A stretch of DNA of 63,524 nucleotides, filler included, from Octopus bimaculoides (GCF_001194135.2; 5 parts of 5 records of this genome joined end to end with filler, not necessarily neighbours in it), one strand, 5' to 3'. Shown: positions 11,792 through 23,503, counted from the first letter of the whole stretch. The notes: generated from the sequence alone by a model not told the origin. Program-made: numbers and translations.

Positions 11792-13307
11792 CTACAAATA
11801 GACAAAAAAAAAAAGAAAACAACAAATTAATACAACAAAAGAAATAAAAATCGAAAAAAAAAATGAATATTTGCAAAAACATTGAAACCATTTTATTAAA
11901 TGGATCATCATTTAAAACTCAACACATTTAATGTACAAGTTATACATACTTCAGGTATCTTCTCTGCCTTGTAAATATTATATATGAATATGTAAGTATT
12001 TATAATACACACACACACACACATAAATATATGCATACACACACACAGCCATCACAATAACTTGTGGTGATGATATTTCCAACATTGGTCATCAGTAGCT
12101 GCTTCAGCTCCCTCTTACATTATCAGACAAGTGAGTCAATGGTAGAAACTCCGTATTGGGGTTGGCCAGCTAGAAATAGCTGCTTAATCACCCTCGGTGT
12201 GTTATTACCTTCATGAAAATAGGTTACATTGAATTGTCTTAAATACGCAATAGCCAAGGGATGGATGGAATGGTCATAGCTAGAACAGGTCTGCTCCAAA
12301 AAGGCTAACCTTGGGCTAAGCAACTTTCAAATTGACAAAAAAAGCCTCTATGTGGTCTTCTGACTTGCTAGAAACAGTAGCCAAATTCCTTCAAATTACA
12401 ATCATTTTAAAAAGGAAGGGACATTAGCTAACTGCATCCTAAATATGTTATGTCCAAGGAAAAAAAAACAAGATAGTCATGGCTGGAAGGCCTATCATTG
12501 GCAAGTGGTGTCTGACCTAGGGTTAAATAAGCACACCCACACTAACGTTCTACATTGACATTTACAGGGACAGCAGTAACAGCTAGAAAACATCTCTGCC
12601 AACAGGGTTAGTTATATAATTAATAGCAATTATGTAATTTTAACACTAAAAAAAGCTGACCTGAACAAACGATGAGGTTGGAGAGAAAAACTAATTAAAT
12701 TAATTTCTAATTGATTACTTTTGAGATGATCTTTTCATCAAGAAACCATATTTAGATCTGTCATAAAAAATACTATAGCTGGGTTTTAAGTATGAATTGG
12801 TTTAGTTAGGGCTGGGTTTGGGTCTTAGCAGAGAATCAGTTAGGTTTGTGCTGACAATTTAGCAGAAAATTTATTTTGTGGCTGTCTGATGGCTTCCACA
12901 ATGAACTGGTTAACTATGTAGCAGGAATACTTAGCAATCGAACCCAGATCACTATATCCGATGTAAAACAGCTCAAGAATGCAATCACAATTCACTAGAA
13001 TATTACCAATGTCATAAACGAAATCTGACCATTCAAGTCTAACAACAATTTCATCATTGGTGAGCATTTTCTGAGCAAGACTGCCACTATATATATTCAG
13101 TGTATTTTAGCTACTATTGACAGATGGCAGACGACAGACCAGACACAGAAAGACGAACCAGCAGCTGGGCAAAAACCAATCTAAAATTTGCTTGAAAATA
13201 ATTAAATATGGCTTCGATTGATTGTTTAACAAAAATATAGTTTTAGAGAAGAAAAAAAAAGGGAAAAAGAATGAATTCACACAAAAAAAAAAACAATTTT
13301 TAGTAGA

Positions 13308-13309
<2 letters not shown>

Positions 13310-13343
<34 letters not shown>

Positions 13344-13542
13344 GGCACAAAGCAAGCAATTTTGAGAGAGGAAGTAAGTCGATTACATCAACCCCAGTGT
13401 GTCACTGGTACTTATTTTATCGACCCTGAAAGGATGAAAGGCAAAGTGGACCTCAGTGGAATTTGAACCCAGAATGTAAGAACAGACAAAATGCTGTTAA
13501 ACATTTTGCCCACCTTGATAACGATTCTGCAAGTTCACCACC
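13310..13542 (-). mobile_element. Family B SINE (CpG-decayed copy) with (TTA)n tail
   Basis: Full-length alignment to other family B copies. CpGs have changed to TpG/CpA, e.g. GACCCTGA versus GACCCCGA and GACAAAAT versus GACGAAAT. Confidence 0.85.
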
Positions 13543-14072
13543 TTAGAAATGATAATAATAAAAAGAAGAAAAAGAAGAAATAATAATAGAATACACAAAT
13601 GAATAAATAAATGGCATTTACATATTTTAATTGACTGAAAGCTTTTTTTTTTTTACAATCTGGAAAGAAACATTTCTTTTATACAGCAAATGAAAAAAGA
13701 AAAGAAAAAGAATAACTGAATAAAGAAAGAAAGAAAAAAAGAGTTGAAAGAGACTTGTGGTGATCTGCATCAGTGAAAAAATCATTCAGAAAAACTCCAC
13801 AAATTCTGCTAAGTGTGTATGTTGAGTGGAGATGAGAAATACAGACATTTTGGAACAGAGCCCTTTGCTGGGCAGAGAACATCAAAAAACAAACAAAAAT
13901 TGTTTATAGTAGCCCTAAACATATTATAATATATAAAATTTCACACCACTGTTTTGCAGTTTTTAATTTATTTCTGATGAAGGACTAATGTCTGAAACGT
14001 CAAAACTTTTTTTTTACATGTTTAAATTAAACAACATTTGTCCTTCCCAAATTGTCTTCTTTTTGTCTACTT

Positions 14073-14137
<65 letters not shown>

Positions 14138-15726
14138 CATACATACACACTCTCTCCAAAGAAGGGCTTTGATCGAAATGTCTGTGTTCACATCTCCTCT
14201 TGACATACAAACTTTCCCATACAAATATTATAGAGATTGTTTGATTTTCAGGTTTCCTTTTCACACAATCTCCCCAGTTCTGTGCTCAGGTTGTTTACCG
14301 AGAGAAACTTCACCTCCTCACCATGGTTAATCATATGTGTAGCTGCAGTCGTTAGTATAATATGCAGTGGTGTTAATAAATTATGCATTGTGAGATCTAT
14401 CATGGAAACCTTTCCGTTTTGTTTTTTTAGAGCAAGAAGACTGTTTAAAGTAGAAGATTGCAACACAAATATATGCATATATACACACACACAGGTCCAT
14501 GTGTGTGCATGTGTCTAAATTTATGTATACATACATATACTTATGCATACTTACACACAATATGTAATTATATATACACACAATATGTAACTATACATAT
14601 ATATATATACACACACACATATATATATACACACATGCATACACACGAACATACATATATTTACAGGCACACACATACATTTACGATTTACATTATTTCA
14701 TCTTCCCTGAAAGATAAAGAAAGAAAGGAAATGAAGACATCCTGGTGATAATCCGAAACCGCTTGTATTAGAGGAGGGTGGGGTGGGGGATGGAGTGACG
14801 GTGGCAGGAATAAATGGCCACCAACAACAGAGATAGACAAGGATTGAACAAGAAACTGCCAATATGAATAACAAGGAAGATCAACAAAGAAAAAAAAAAA
14901 AACTGCAACAACAATGAATTACAAAAAACAACAACAAGAACAACAAAAAAAACCTGAAGAATTCTGCTGTGAAAGCCAGAACCTAATATATTGGAATATC
15001 AGACTAGAAACCGATTTACATACACGTGCACATGTGAGCAGGTGATTATGACAGGCAATTAGGTCTAGGACTGTGTGTAGATAACGGCTTTGAGTTGTAA
15101 TTATTGTAACCAGATTACGAGGAAGTTTACACAGCAGAGTTGCCTTTGGGGAAGAATGTTGGCTGCTGCATCCTGGTCGTTTCAATCTAAGTGTAATTAT
15201 ATTCTAACAGAGCTAATAAGCTAAAATGCAAATAGCAGAGTTAGAGACCACTAAAAAGGGCAATAAATGTGGAAGGAAAAGAGAAAGGAAGGAAGTATGA
15301 TAGGTCAAAGGTTAAGCAAGAGATACAAGTAGACAGATATTCATTAGAAGTGAGGCACAGCAAAAGCAATCTTGTAGCAACTGTTGTGACCATTCATCTC
15401 TCTCCCTTTCTCCCTCTCTCTCAAATATATACCATTTTCCTTCTCTAACGAACAATCATTCATTAGCTATCTTGAGAGTGGTTACATCAGCCACTCTTGA
15501 CCGGTTTGACCAATATTGGTTGGAGTGAAATTTGCTGGACAGGAATTGGGCAGAAACCCATCATACATGTTTGTGTGTGTCCACCACACTTTGACAACCA
15601 GTGTTGGTTTGTTTACATCCCCCGTCAATTAGCACTTCAGCAAAATGACCAATAGAATAAGTGTCAGGCTTAGAGAGTAAGTTCTGGGGTTAATTTACTT
15701 GATTAAACCCTCCAAGGTGAATATAA

Positions 15727-15762
<36 letters not shown>

Positions 15763-15890
15763 CAATTTCAACAATGAACAAAGTGTAAAAGAAATATCAA
15801 AATCTTCTTGAAATAACTAAGAAAGCACACAAAGAAGGAATCAAAGTGGAGAGAATCAAAGTTAGAGCCCAAGGACTTATAAAAGAATTT

Positions 15891-16121
15891 AACCTGGTTT
15901 TCATGGTGTATGAGTAAGATTAGAACAACCTCTTCCTGAATAGGATGCCAGTCCATCACAGGATTAACTTCTCAGCCTTTGCTGGAACTCATTTATGACT
16001 GAGCAGACTGGAGCAAAGGGAAATGGAGTGTTTTGCTTAAGAACACAATGTGCCACCTGGTCCTGGAATTGAAACCATCACCTTATGATTGTGAGTACAA
16101 CACCTTAACCATTAAGCCATG
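15891..16121 (-). mobile_element. Old tRNA-derived SINE carrying a V-domain-like motif
   Basis: Reverse complement shows a tRNA-like head CATGGCTTAATGGTTAAGG...GGTTTCAATTCC, then CCTGTGATGGACTGGCATCCTATTCAGG (15935-15962). The latter resembles the V-SINE motif CCTGCGATGGACTGGCG.CC.GTCCAGG. Confidence 0.55.
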
Positions 16122-16429
16122 TTACCTTCACCAACGTTATAAAGGTAGAAATAAAGAAGCCAAACCTTTGAGGGGGTTAAGGTTAGAATATTGGTCTAAG
16201 TCTACAAAGAATCGGTTTTATTGGCAACAGAAGCAAGAGAGAACGTTAGTAATATGAAGATTGTTTGGGATAAAGCAGACAAAGACAGCACAAAAGTAAA
16301 ACTGTGGCTGGAATGTGTTGGGTTGGTCATTGGCTCCTGTCTGCCCTTGTCAACAGAGAAGAGCAATGGCCAAATTGTCCTGAAATCACTCTCTACCATC
16401 TCTTAAAAAAGAGGACACATCAGGGTTTT

Positions 16430-16672
16430 AGTCTCAGTCTGCTAAGTCACAGGGATATAAACACACCTACACCAGCTGTCAGGCGGTGGTGGGGGACAAC
16501 TACAGACTCACATATGATGGGCTTCTTTCAGTTTCTATCTACTATATCCACTTACAAGGCCTTGGTCAGACCGAGGCTATAGCAGAAGACATTTATCTGA
16601 AGTGCCGCGCAGTGGGACTGAACTTGCAGCCATGTGGTTAGGAAGCAAACCCCTTCTTACCGCACAGCTATG
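16430..16672 (-). mobile_element. Diverged family A SINE (CORE-like)
   Basis: Aligns to the 5' two thirds of the family A copies at 38357, 43217 and 47415. Confidence 0.7.
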
Positions 16673-17771
16673 AAAGGAAAGTTATGAGCTTTCTCTGAGG
16701 TCACAATAATGAATGTTTAAAGAGTTGTTAAAAACTATTTTTGAAGAAAAGAAAATATTTCGGAAATACAGGTGAGCATTTATTACACATCTCCCACTCA
16801 AAAAGCATTTCCAATAAATATTTGCTTTTAATAAGAACTTGACATTCCCGAGTCAATTGTATGTTCATTGGGTGTTTTTTTTTCTTTTTCACATTTCATG
16901 AAGTGAAAGTAATTTGAAGGCATTCACAGGTGAGGGAAAAGAAAGGGAAAAAAAAGATTACAATCTTTTACAGACACACCTGAATGGCTACAAAGAATGG
17001 GTGTGTGTGTGTGTGTGTGTGCACGACTATATAATTTCGATATTTCCCATTACTGGAACAGATCTGTTTTGGGTTCAGTCCTACTCTGGTACCTTAGGCA
17101 AGTATCTTGTACAGAAGCCCCATTCTGACCGAAGCCTTGTTCGTGAATTTGGAAAGATGTTCATTGTGTGTATGTGTGTTTATATCTCCTTGTCTTCACA
17201 TCACATGGTATGTGCCAATTATTGTCAATGTCATACATGCAGTGTCATTCATTTCCAGTCTTCTGCAGAAACATGTCTGGCCACGGTGAGATATTTCCTT
17301 GCCTGAATACAGCACACATTGCAGACAGGAAAACTGAACATTAGAATGATGACGGATCGTTCCATTTTATAATACTTTGAACAAATATTTCTTGATATAA
17401 AGTTATGTACTTGGTCTTTAAAGATTGCTTTCTCATAAATGTCTTATGTGAGTTGAGTGAGTGGTTGATCTAACATTAACACTGTTGATATATTCAATAT
17501 AGAGACACTATTGTCATTTTAAAAGGCATTTTTTCTCTCTCCCATACTATTATGGGTTCACTGACATATATGAAATGATCAAAGAGCATTTAATACCTAT
17601 GCACTTAAGAACAGTCTCATTTTAAGCTGTTAATATCTAACCAAGAAGTTCTCACTATAAATTTTATATCAGATCACTTTATTCATAAGTCACGTGTCCC
17701 AAACAGCTTCATAACCCTTTTGATAGCAACCTATCGACCACTGCCTCTGGTTCTATGATACAAACTTTGTT

Positions 17772-17973
17772 TTAACCTTTTAGCACTTAAATCTGCCCTA
17801 TCTTAAACCAACTATGATTAAACTAGCTAGATCCAACCTCTCACACCTATCCTGTAATGTCATTCTAAAAATAGACAGTCACATCATTGAAATCTCAAAG
17901 TTATGAGATAATGCAGGATTAACTGAAAACAATGTGAATAAATAAGGATTACATTTGGATGCTAAAAGCTTAA
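17772..17973. mobile_element. piggyBac-like MITE with TTAA target-site duplication
   Basis: TTAA|CCTTTTAGCAC ... ATGCTAAAAGC|TTAA: inverted ends with two mismatches and TTAA on both sides. Confidence 0.7.
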
Positions 17974-18496
17974 AGAGATCTAAATTGAAATCCTTCCTCC
18001 AAAATTTTATGTTAATTCATGTTCTAAACAACAGTTTAACAATGATGAAGTTATTCTACTAAATTCTTCATAATTTTCAAAATTAAGTGAAACAATGACA
18101 GAGTATTTTAATAGGAATATGGTAAAAAAAAAAATAAAAAAAATGTGGTTAAAACTGACAAAACCAATTATTCATCTAACAGCTTTAAACGTTCTGATTA
18201 TTTTTCAGAATTAATTGAAACACATGAACAGTGTCTTTAATTATGAGTGGAATGTTTAATAACTGACTACTCTTTCTAGCATCATCGTAATAGAAAGAAA
18301 CAGCATCTTAACCAGAGAAAATAACTTTTTATTTTTACATTAGTGCAAAAATATATGTAATTTTGACTAATGACTCATATATTATTGTGTTCTTTAAATG
18401 GTTGTAAATTCCTTGAAAAGCTACGCCAGAATGACATCAGAGAGGCTGCTGTAATAAACCAGGAATTCATTGTGCACTTTACAATTTCAATATATA

Positions 18497-18596
18497 NNNN
18501 NNNNNNNNNNNNNNNNNNNNNNNNNNNNNNNNNNNNNNNNTTAATTAATTAANNNNNNNNNNNNNNNNNNNNNNNNNNNNNNNNNNNNNNNNNNNN
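18497..18596. other. Artificial scaffold-join linker
   Basis: 44 N + TTAATTAATTAA + 44 N = 100 bp. The same structure occurs four times in the window. Confidence 0.95.
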
Positions 18597-18628
<32 letters not shown>

Positions 18629-19379
18629 CCTAGGCTGGATTACAACTGAGACTGTTCATTTATCAAGTGAAAATTGTTCTTAATCCCAAGACACATTTCG
18701 CGTATACATAATAAAAGTGATATTCCTGGAATCTTTCAACATCAGATCCTCTCGCTCCAGCTGGTCCAGTGGGAACTGATTAAAACTCAGATTACATCAC
18801 TGTAACAGCAGGCCTCTGGCCTGCTATCTTCATCTAAAGCCATCTAATGGCCTTATCTGAAACTTCAGTGATTGAATGTATTCTTCAATCCTCAATTCAT
18901 TTCTGCGCCGGTAACTTCAAGCCCAGTTAGAGCTTTGCAGAGTGAACGCTTCTACTGACGGCCTACTTCTAGTGGCTCACAACACCCTTTGCTTCTGCAC
19001 TATTCTATTTACTCCTGGCCATCAAGGCCACGAATCCTCCGAACAGTTTCCCTTGAACTACGAGCATATGTTTAGAATAATCTATTGACACTTATTTTCG
19101 ACCCAGAAAATCTACACGTTTTAGACAAATTCACGAGAGAAAAGCACTTCTCTCTTCACTTTCACATTTTTACTAAGTGGAACTTGAAAAAGTCAATGAG
19201 ACCTTGACCGAAAAGTAACGTATCTATCCCCAAACCTCCAAAATTCATCCTCCACACGACTTCCTTCACCATAGGAGTAACTTGCTTCACTATTAAACGA
19301 GGAATGTAGGGTAATCTTCACAATGATCACACCTGTTTCTAGATCTGTTCTACAAGCGAAAATAGCTTTTAGACTCCGC

Positions 19380-19620
19380 AAGCACGTAATCCTAGAATGC
19401 ATGAAAGTAGTTTCACCATTCTCTGCGCATGTCACACAGTACCGCCTCATAGCACTTCCTGGCTATTGACTTTGTCTCGAATCGGTTGTGCTCGTTAAAA
19501 CTACTTCGAGGTAAAATTACTTCTGAAAGTTATCCGCAATAGTTTTCGGTTCAAACGTTCGGAGAATAGTCGCGCGAAGCAAAAGAAAAGACTACGTAAT
19601 TAGTCAACGTCGAATCATAC
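19380..19620. promoter_or_regulatory. CpG-retaining promoter-like region
   Basis: Unique, CpG-rich sequence with NRF1-like TGCGCATG (19424), ETS-type CACTTCCTGG (19453) and palindromic TCGCGCGA (19570). Inferred from motifs only. Confidence 0.4.
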
Positions 19621-19760
19621 TCTTTTATCTTAAATGCGTATACAACACATTAGATAATGCAGTCCTAATTATAACTAAAAGGACTGGATGGTCACGTCTA
19701 CAATGCCTTTTGTCGGCAAGAGGTTCACAGTTTAGCAGCCACATGAATGTGAGACCTGGT

Positions 19761-19844
19761 AGAAGAAGAAGAAGAAGAAGAAGAAGAAGAAGAAGAAGAA
19801 GAAGAAGAAGAAGAAGAAGAAGAAGAAGAAGAAGAAGAAGAAGA
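19761..19844 (+). repeat. Perfect (AGA/GAA)n trinucleotide microsatellite, about 28 units
   Basis: Read directly from the sequence. Confidence 0.97.
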
Positions 19845-19947
19845 GACAGTCTGTGGGATAGGGAAAGACATAGGGCGTGGATACATCATCAGTCACAGTG
19901 TACTCTGTTTTTATCTGGGTAAACCAGAGCAACGTGAAATGACAGAG

Positions 19948-19955
19948 GGACAGAA

Positions 19956-20038
<83 letters not shown>

Positions 20039-20069
20039 GGCAGACAGACAGGCAGACNNNNNNNNNNGG

Positions 20070-20107
<38 letters not shown>

Positions 20108-20176
20108 GGCAGACAGACAGGCAGACAGACAGGCAGACAGACAGGCAGACAGACAGGCAGACAGACAGGCAGACAG
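19948..20176 (+). repeat. Compound (GA)n/(GACA)n/(GACAGGCA)n microsatellite
   Basis: Read directly from the sequence; interrupted by a 10-N gap. Confidence 0.95.
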
Positions 20177-20906
20177 AAATAGGGACAGAGAGACAGAGAG
20201 GCTGGGGCGAAGATACATTATCAGTCAGATTGTACTCTTTTTCATCTGAACAAGCTGGAACAACATGAAATGACGTGTCCCATGAAGAAGATGTTAAATG
20301 AAAGGAAAGATAGACAGGCAGACAGATAGTCAAAGAGACCAAGAGAGACAGAGAGACGCTAACCTAAAGCGACAACTACAAACAACAAATGAAAAAGGAA
20401 GAATGAAAGAAATATCTCAGGTGGTGTCGAGGCAGGTGATTCCTGGAATGGTCTCAGAAAACTCAAACAAGGAAATACTAAGATATCTTTTGTTACTGGT
20501 ACACGATAAACACTCTCATTCAGGAATGAATTTTTTACTCCCGCTTATTACCTTTGGAAAGATGTTTATTTCTTTAAGAAAACAGAAAATGATTAAAAAC
20601 AAAGACATCCTCGAAAACACATAATCCTCTGCTTTTATCTTTCTTTCTCCTTTCCGTTTCATCTATGTTATTTCTGTTTGGTTTTCTCTTATTTAGGTTC
20701 GTCCGGTGGATGTTTTTCTTCTCTCACTTACACACACACATGAGAAACGCGCGTTGAAATTTGCACACTCGGTTACATAAAATCACAACATATGCACACA
20801 AATATACATATTTGCACGTATACATAAATATGCATGTGAACGCATATATACGCATACATATATATGCGTGCACATACATACAAACATACATACATACATA
20901 CATACA

Positions 20907-20942
<36 letters not shown>

Positions 20943-21992
20943 TANNNNNNNNNNNNNNNNNNNNNNNNNNNNNNNNNNNNNNNNNNNNNNNNNNNNNNNN
21001 NNNNNNNNNNNNNNNNNNNNNNNNNNNNNNNNNNNNNNNNNNNNNNNNNNNNNNNNNNNNNNNNNNNNNNNNNNNNNNNNNNNNNNNNNNNNNNNNNNNN
21101 NNNNNNNNNNNNNNNNNNNNNNNNNNNNNNNNNNNNNNNNNNNNNNNNNNNNNNNNNNNNNNNNNNNNNNNNNNNNNNNNNNNNNNNNNNNNNNNNNNNN
21201 NNNNNNNNNNNNNNNNNNNNNNNNNNNNNNNNNNNNNNNNNNNNNNNNNNNNNNNNNNNNNNNNNNNNNNNNNNNNNNNNNNNNNNNNNNNNNNNNNNNN
21301 NNNNNNNNNNNNNNNNNNNNNNNNNNNNNNNNNNNNNNNNNNNNNNNNNNNNNNNNNNNNNNNNNNNNNNNNNNNNNNNNNNNNNNNNNNNNNNNNNNNN
21401 NNNNNNNNNNNNNNNNNNNNNNNNNNNNNNNNNNNNNNNNNNNNNNNNNNNNNNNNNNNNNNNNNNNNNNNNNNNNNNNNNNNNNNNNNNNNNNNNNNNN
21501 NNNNNNNNNNNNNNNNNNNNNNNNNNNNNNNNNNNNNNNNNNNNNNNNNNNNNNNNNNNNNNNNNNNNNNNNNNNNNNNNNNNNNNNNNNNNNNNNNNNN
21601 NNNNNNNNNNNNNNNNNNNNNNNNNNNNNNNNNNNNNNNNNNNNNNNNNNNNNNNNNNNNNNNNNNNNNNNNNNNNNNNNNNNNNNNNNNNNNNNNNNNN
21701 NNNNNNNNNNNNNNNNNNNNNNNNNNNNNNNNNNNNNNNNNNNNNNNNNNNNNNNNNNNNNNNNNNNNNNNNNNNNNNNNNNNNNNNNNNNNNNNNNNNN
21801 NNNNNNNNNNNNNNNNNNNNNNNNNNNNNNNNNNNNNNNNNNNNNNNNNNNNNNNNNNNNNNNNNNNNNNNNNNNNNNNNNNNNNNNNNNNNNNNNNNNN
21901 NNNNNNNNNNNNNNNNNNNNNNNNNNNNNNNNNNNNATATATATATGTATATATATATATACACAGACACACATATAAACATACATACGAAT

Positions 21993-22100
21993 AGCATTCT
22001 ATTGGTTACGACGATGAGTGTTCCGTTTGATCCGATCAACGGAACACTCAGCTCGAGAAATTAACATGCAACAGACTGAGCACACGACAGACACACCTAC
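21993..22100 (-). mobile_element. 3' part of a family E interspersed repeat
   Basis: Reverse-complement homolog of 35990-36110, sharing TTACGACG, TTGATCCGATCAACGGAAC and CTGAGCAC...ACAGACAC. Confidence 0.75.
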
Positions 22101-22755
22101 TTTCAAGGTAGCTCTCAGGGAGATTCACCATGATACAGAATGAGATGAGGCTGGCCCTAGACACTCCTAATTTTCTCCAGCTGGTTGGATTGGAGCCACG
22201 TATAATAAAGTGTTTTACCCAAGGAACAAAACATATTAAACACATTCTTTTGGGATAAATTGAAAGTGATTGAATCGCACTGCTAACACAATAGGTATGA
22301 CAGACTATTGACGTATGAAACTTGGTAGTGTAATATGATTGTTACAAATCGATATACGGTTGTCCCTACTAGCAATGAATATGTACGTATCAGTTGCCAG
22401 GAATGCGTTTAATATGTAAATTGATCAATCCAATAATGTTACACCACTAAAGATAGTGGCTATTTCAGCAATGTGTTCGTTGATGGTTAACGGGTGGGAT
22501 GTGGAACTGAAGAAGGAGCAATAACTCCTGAAATGTGCATATACATACATTAACTATTTTGTACCTTCAATTTCATGGTTACATAACGTTCAGTGCTGGC
22601 TCTAAGTTCTATAGAAAATCTTTAGAGGTAACTTTAAAATGACTGAATCACACTAGTACCGTATAAAGTAAGACTTATATTAATTTACTTGATAGTATAT
22701 TATTGTAAAACGAAATACGGTGTTTATACCAGCAATTAATATGTATGTATCAGTT

Positions 22756-22890
22756 TTCCACTGAAGTCATCTTTGCCTTTCATTCTTTCGGGTTCGGTAA
22801 AATAAGTACCATTTAAAATACTGGGGTCGATGTAATCGACTGATCCCTTCCCACGAAATTTTTGGACTTGTGTCAAAATTTGAAACCAAT
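22756..22890 (+). mobile_element. 5'-truncated family B SINE
   Basis: CTTTGCCTTTCATTCTTTCGGG...AAATAAGTACC...CTGGGGTCGATGTAATCGACT...AAAATTTGAAACC. Confidence 0.8.
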
Positions 22891-22931
22891 ATATACATAC
22901 CAGTTGCCAGTAATGTATTTAACATGTAAAT

Positions 22932-23229
22932 GATCATATTAGCATTGTTCGAAAATAATTGTTCGAAAACAATTATTCGAAAAGCATTTATTCGAATGGA
23001 AAATTGTATGAATGAAATTTATTCAAAAGGACAATTATACGAAATGGTAATTATTCTAAATTTTTTAATTTTATTTAAACAAAAATGATTAAATTAAAAA
23101 TCAAGTATACGAATGATATCTATTTCGATTAATTGTTTTTCGAATAATTGTTTTCGAACAATTGTTTTCAGATAATTGTTTTCGAATTAATTTTTCGAAC
23201 AATTCTTTTCGAACAATTTTCATGATACG
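22932..23229. mobile_element. Foldback-type MITE with tandem-repeat inverted termini
   Basis: Left arm has ~14-bp TTCGAAAA(T/C)AATT units (4 TTCGAA) and the right arm has the reverse-complement units (5 TTCGAA). ATGTAAAT flanks both sides (22924-22931, 23230-23237) and occurs once at the paralogous empty site (22414-22421). Confidence 0.75.
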
Positions 23230-23458
23230 ATGTAAATTGGTCTCTCTAATAGTGTTACACCGCTAAACTTAGTCGCTGTTTATGTAATGCGTTAGTGGAT
23301 GGTTAATGGGTTGGATATAAAACTGAAGAAGGTGCAATAACACCTGAAATGTGCATATACATGCATTGCTTACGTAAACGTATTCGTACACGAAAGGTCA
23401 CAAATTTCAGTGCTGGTTCCAAATTCTATAGAAAATCTCTGTGTGTGTGTGTGCGTGA

Positions 23459-23503
<45 letters not shown>

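Larger units (their letters stand above)
22300..23430 (+). repeat. Diverged tandem duplication of a ~330-bp unit; second copy interrupted by a SINE and a MITE
   Basis: Copy 1 is about 22300-22630. Copy 2 is 22655-22755 + 22895-22931 + 23238-23430. Shared words include CAGTTGCCAG, ATGTAAAT, GTTACACC.CTAAA, AACTGAAGAAGG.GCAATAAC.CCTGAAATGTGCATATACAT and TTCTATAGAAAATC. Confidence 0.85.

Noticed and set aside
10475-11830. Plus-strand and alternative-frame ORFs overlapping the SNRK exon (poly-Ala, poly-Cys)
   Set aside because: Antisense or frame shadows of a GC-richer coding exon containing a CTG repeat; no independent homology or splice signals.
12840-13090. 75-aa minus ORF with NCDC...FYIG, and plus-strand NFIIGEHFL, hinting at a Penelope GIY-YIG remnant
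   Set aside because: The hints fall on opposite strands and motif spacing is poor; not supportable without an HMM search.
14700-14860. Pro/Ser/Thr-rich minus frame (PFIPATVTPSPTPPSS)
   Set aside because: No acceptor AG at a suitable position and no good donor; explained by a G-rich low-complexity patch.
14919-15186. 88-aa minus ORF with a possible acceptor (CACTTAG|A) as an upstream SNRK exon
   Set aside because: No SNRK similarity and no convincing phase-2 donor; the frame runs into a poly-T/TTG repeat.
19193-19450. 85-aa ORF starting MRRYCVTC (possible zinc knuckle)
   Set aside because: Only one CxxC with no second ligand pair and no recognisable family; the region looks more like promoter or 5' UTR.
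22932-23229. Regularly spaced palindromic TTCGAA units resembling a CRISPR or operator array
   Set aside because: 14-bp period without unique spacers, inverted arrangement with a TSD, eukaryotic context and no cas genes; better explained as a MITE.
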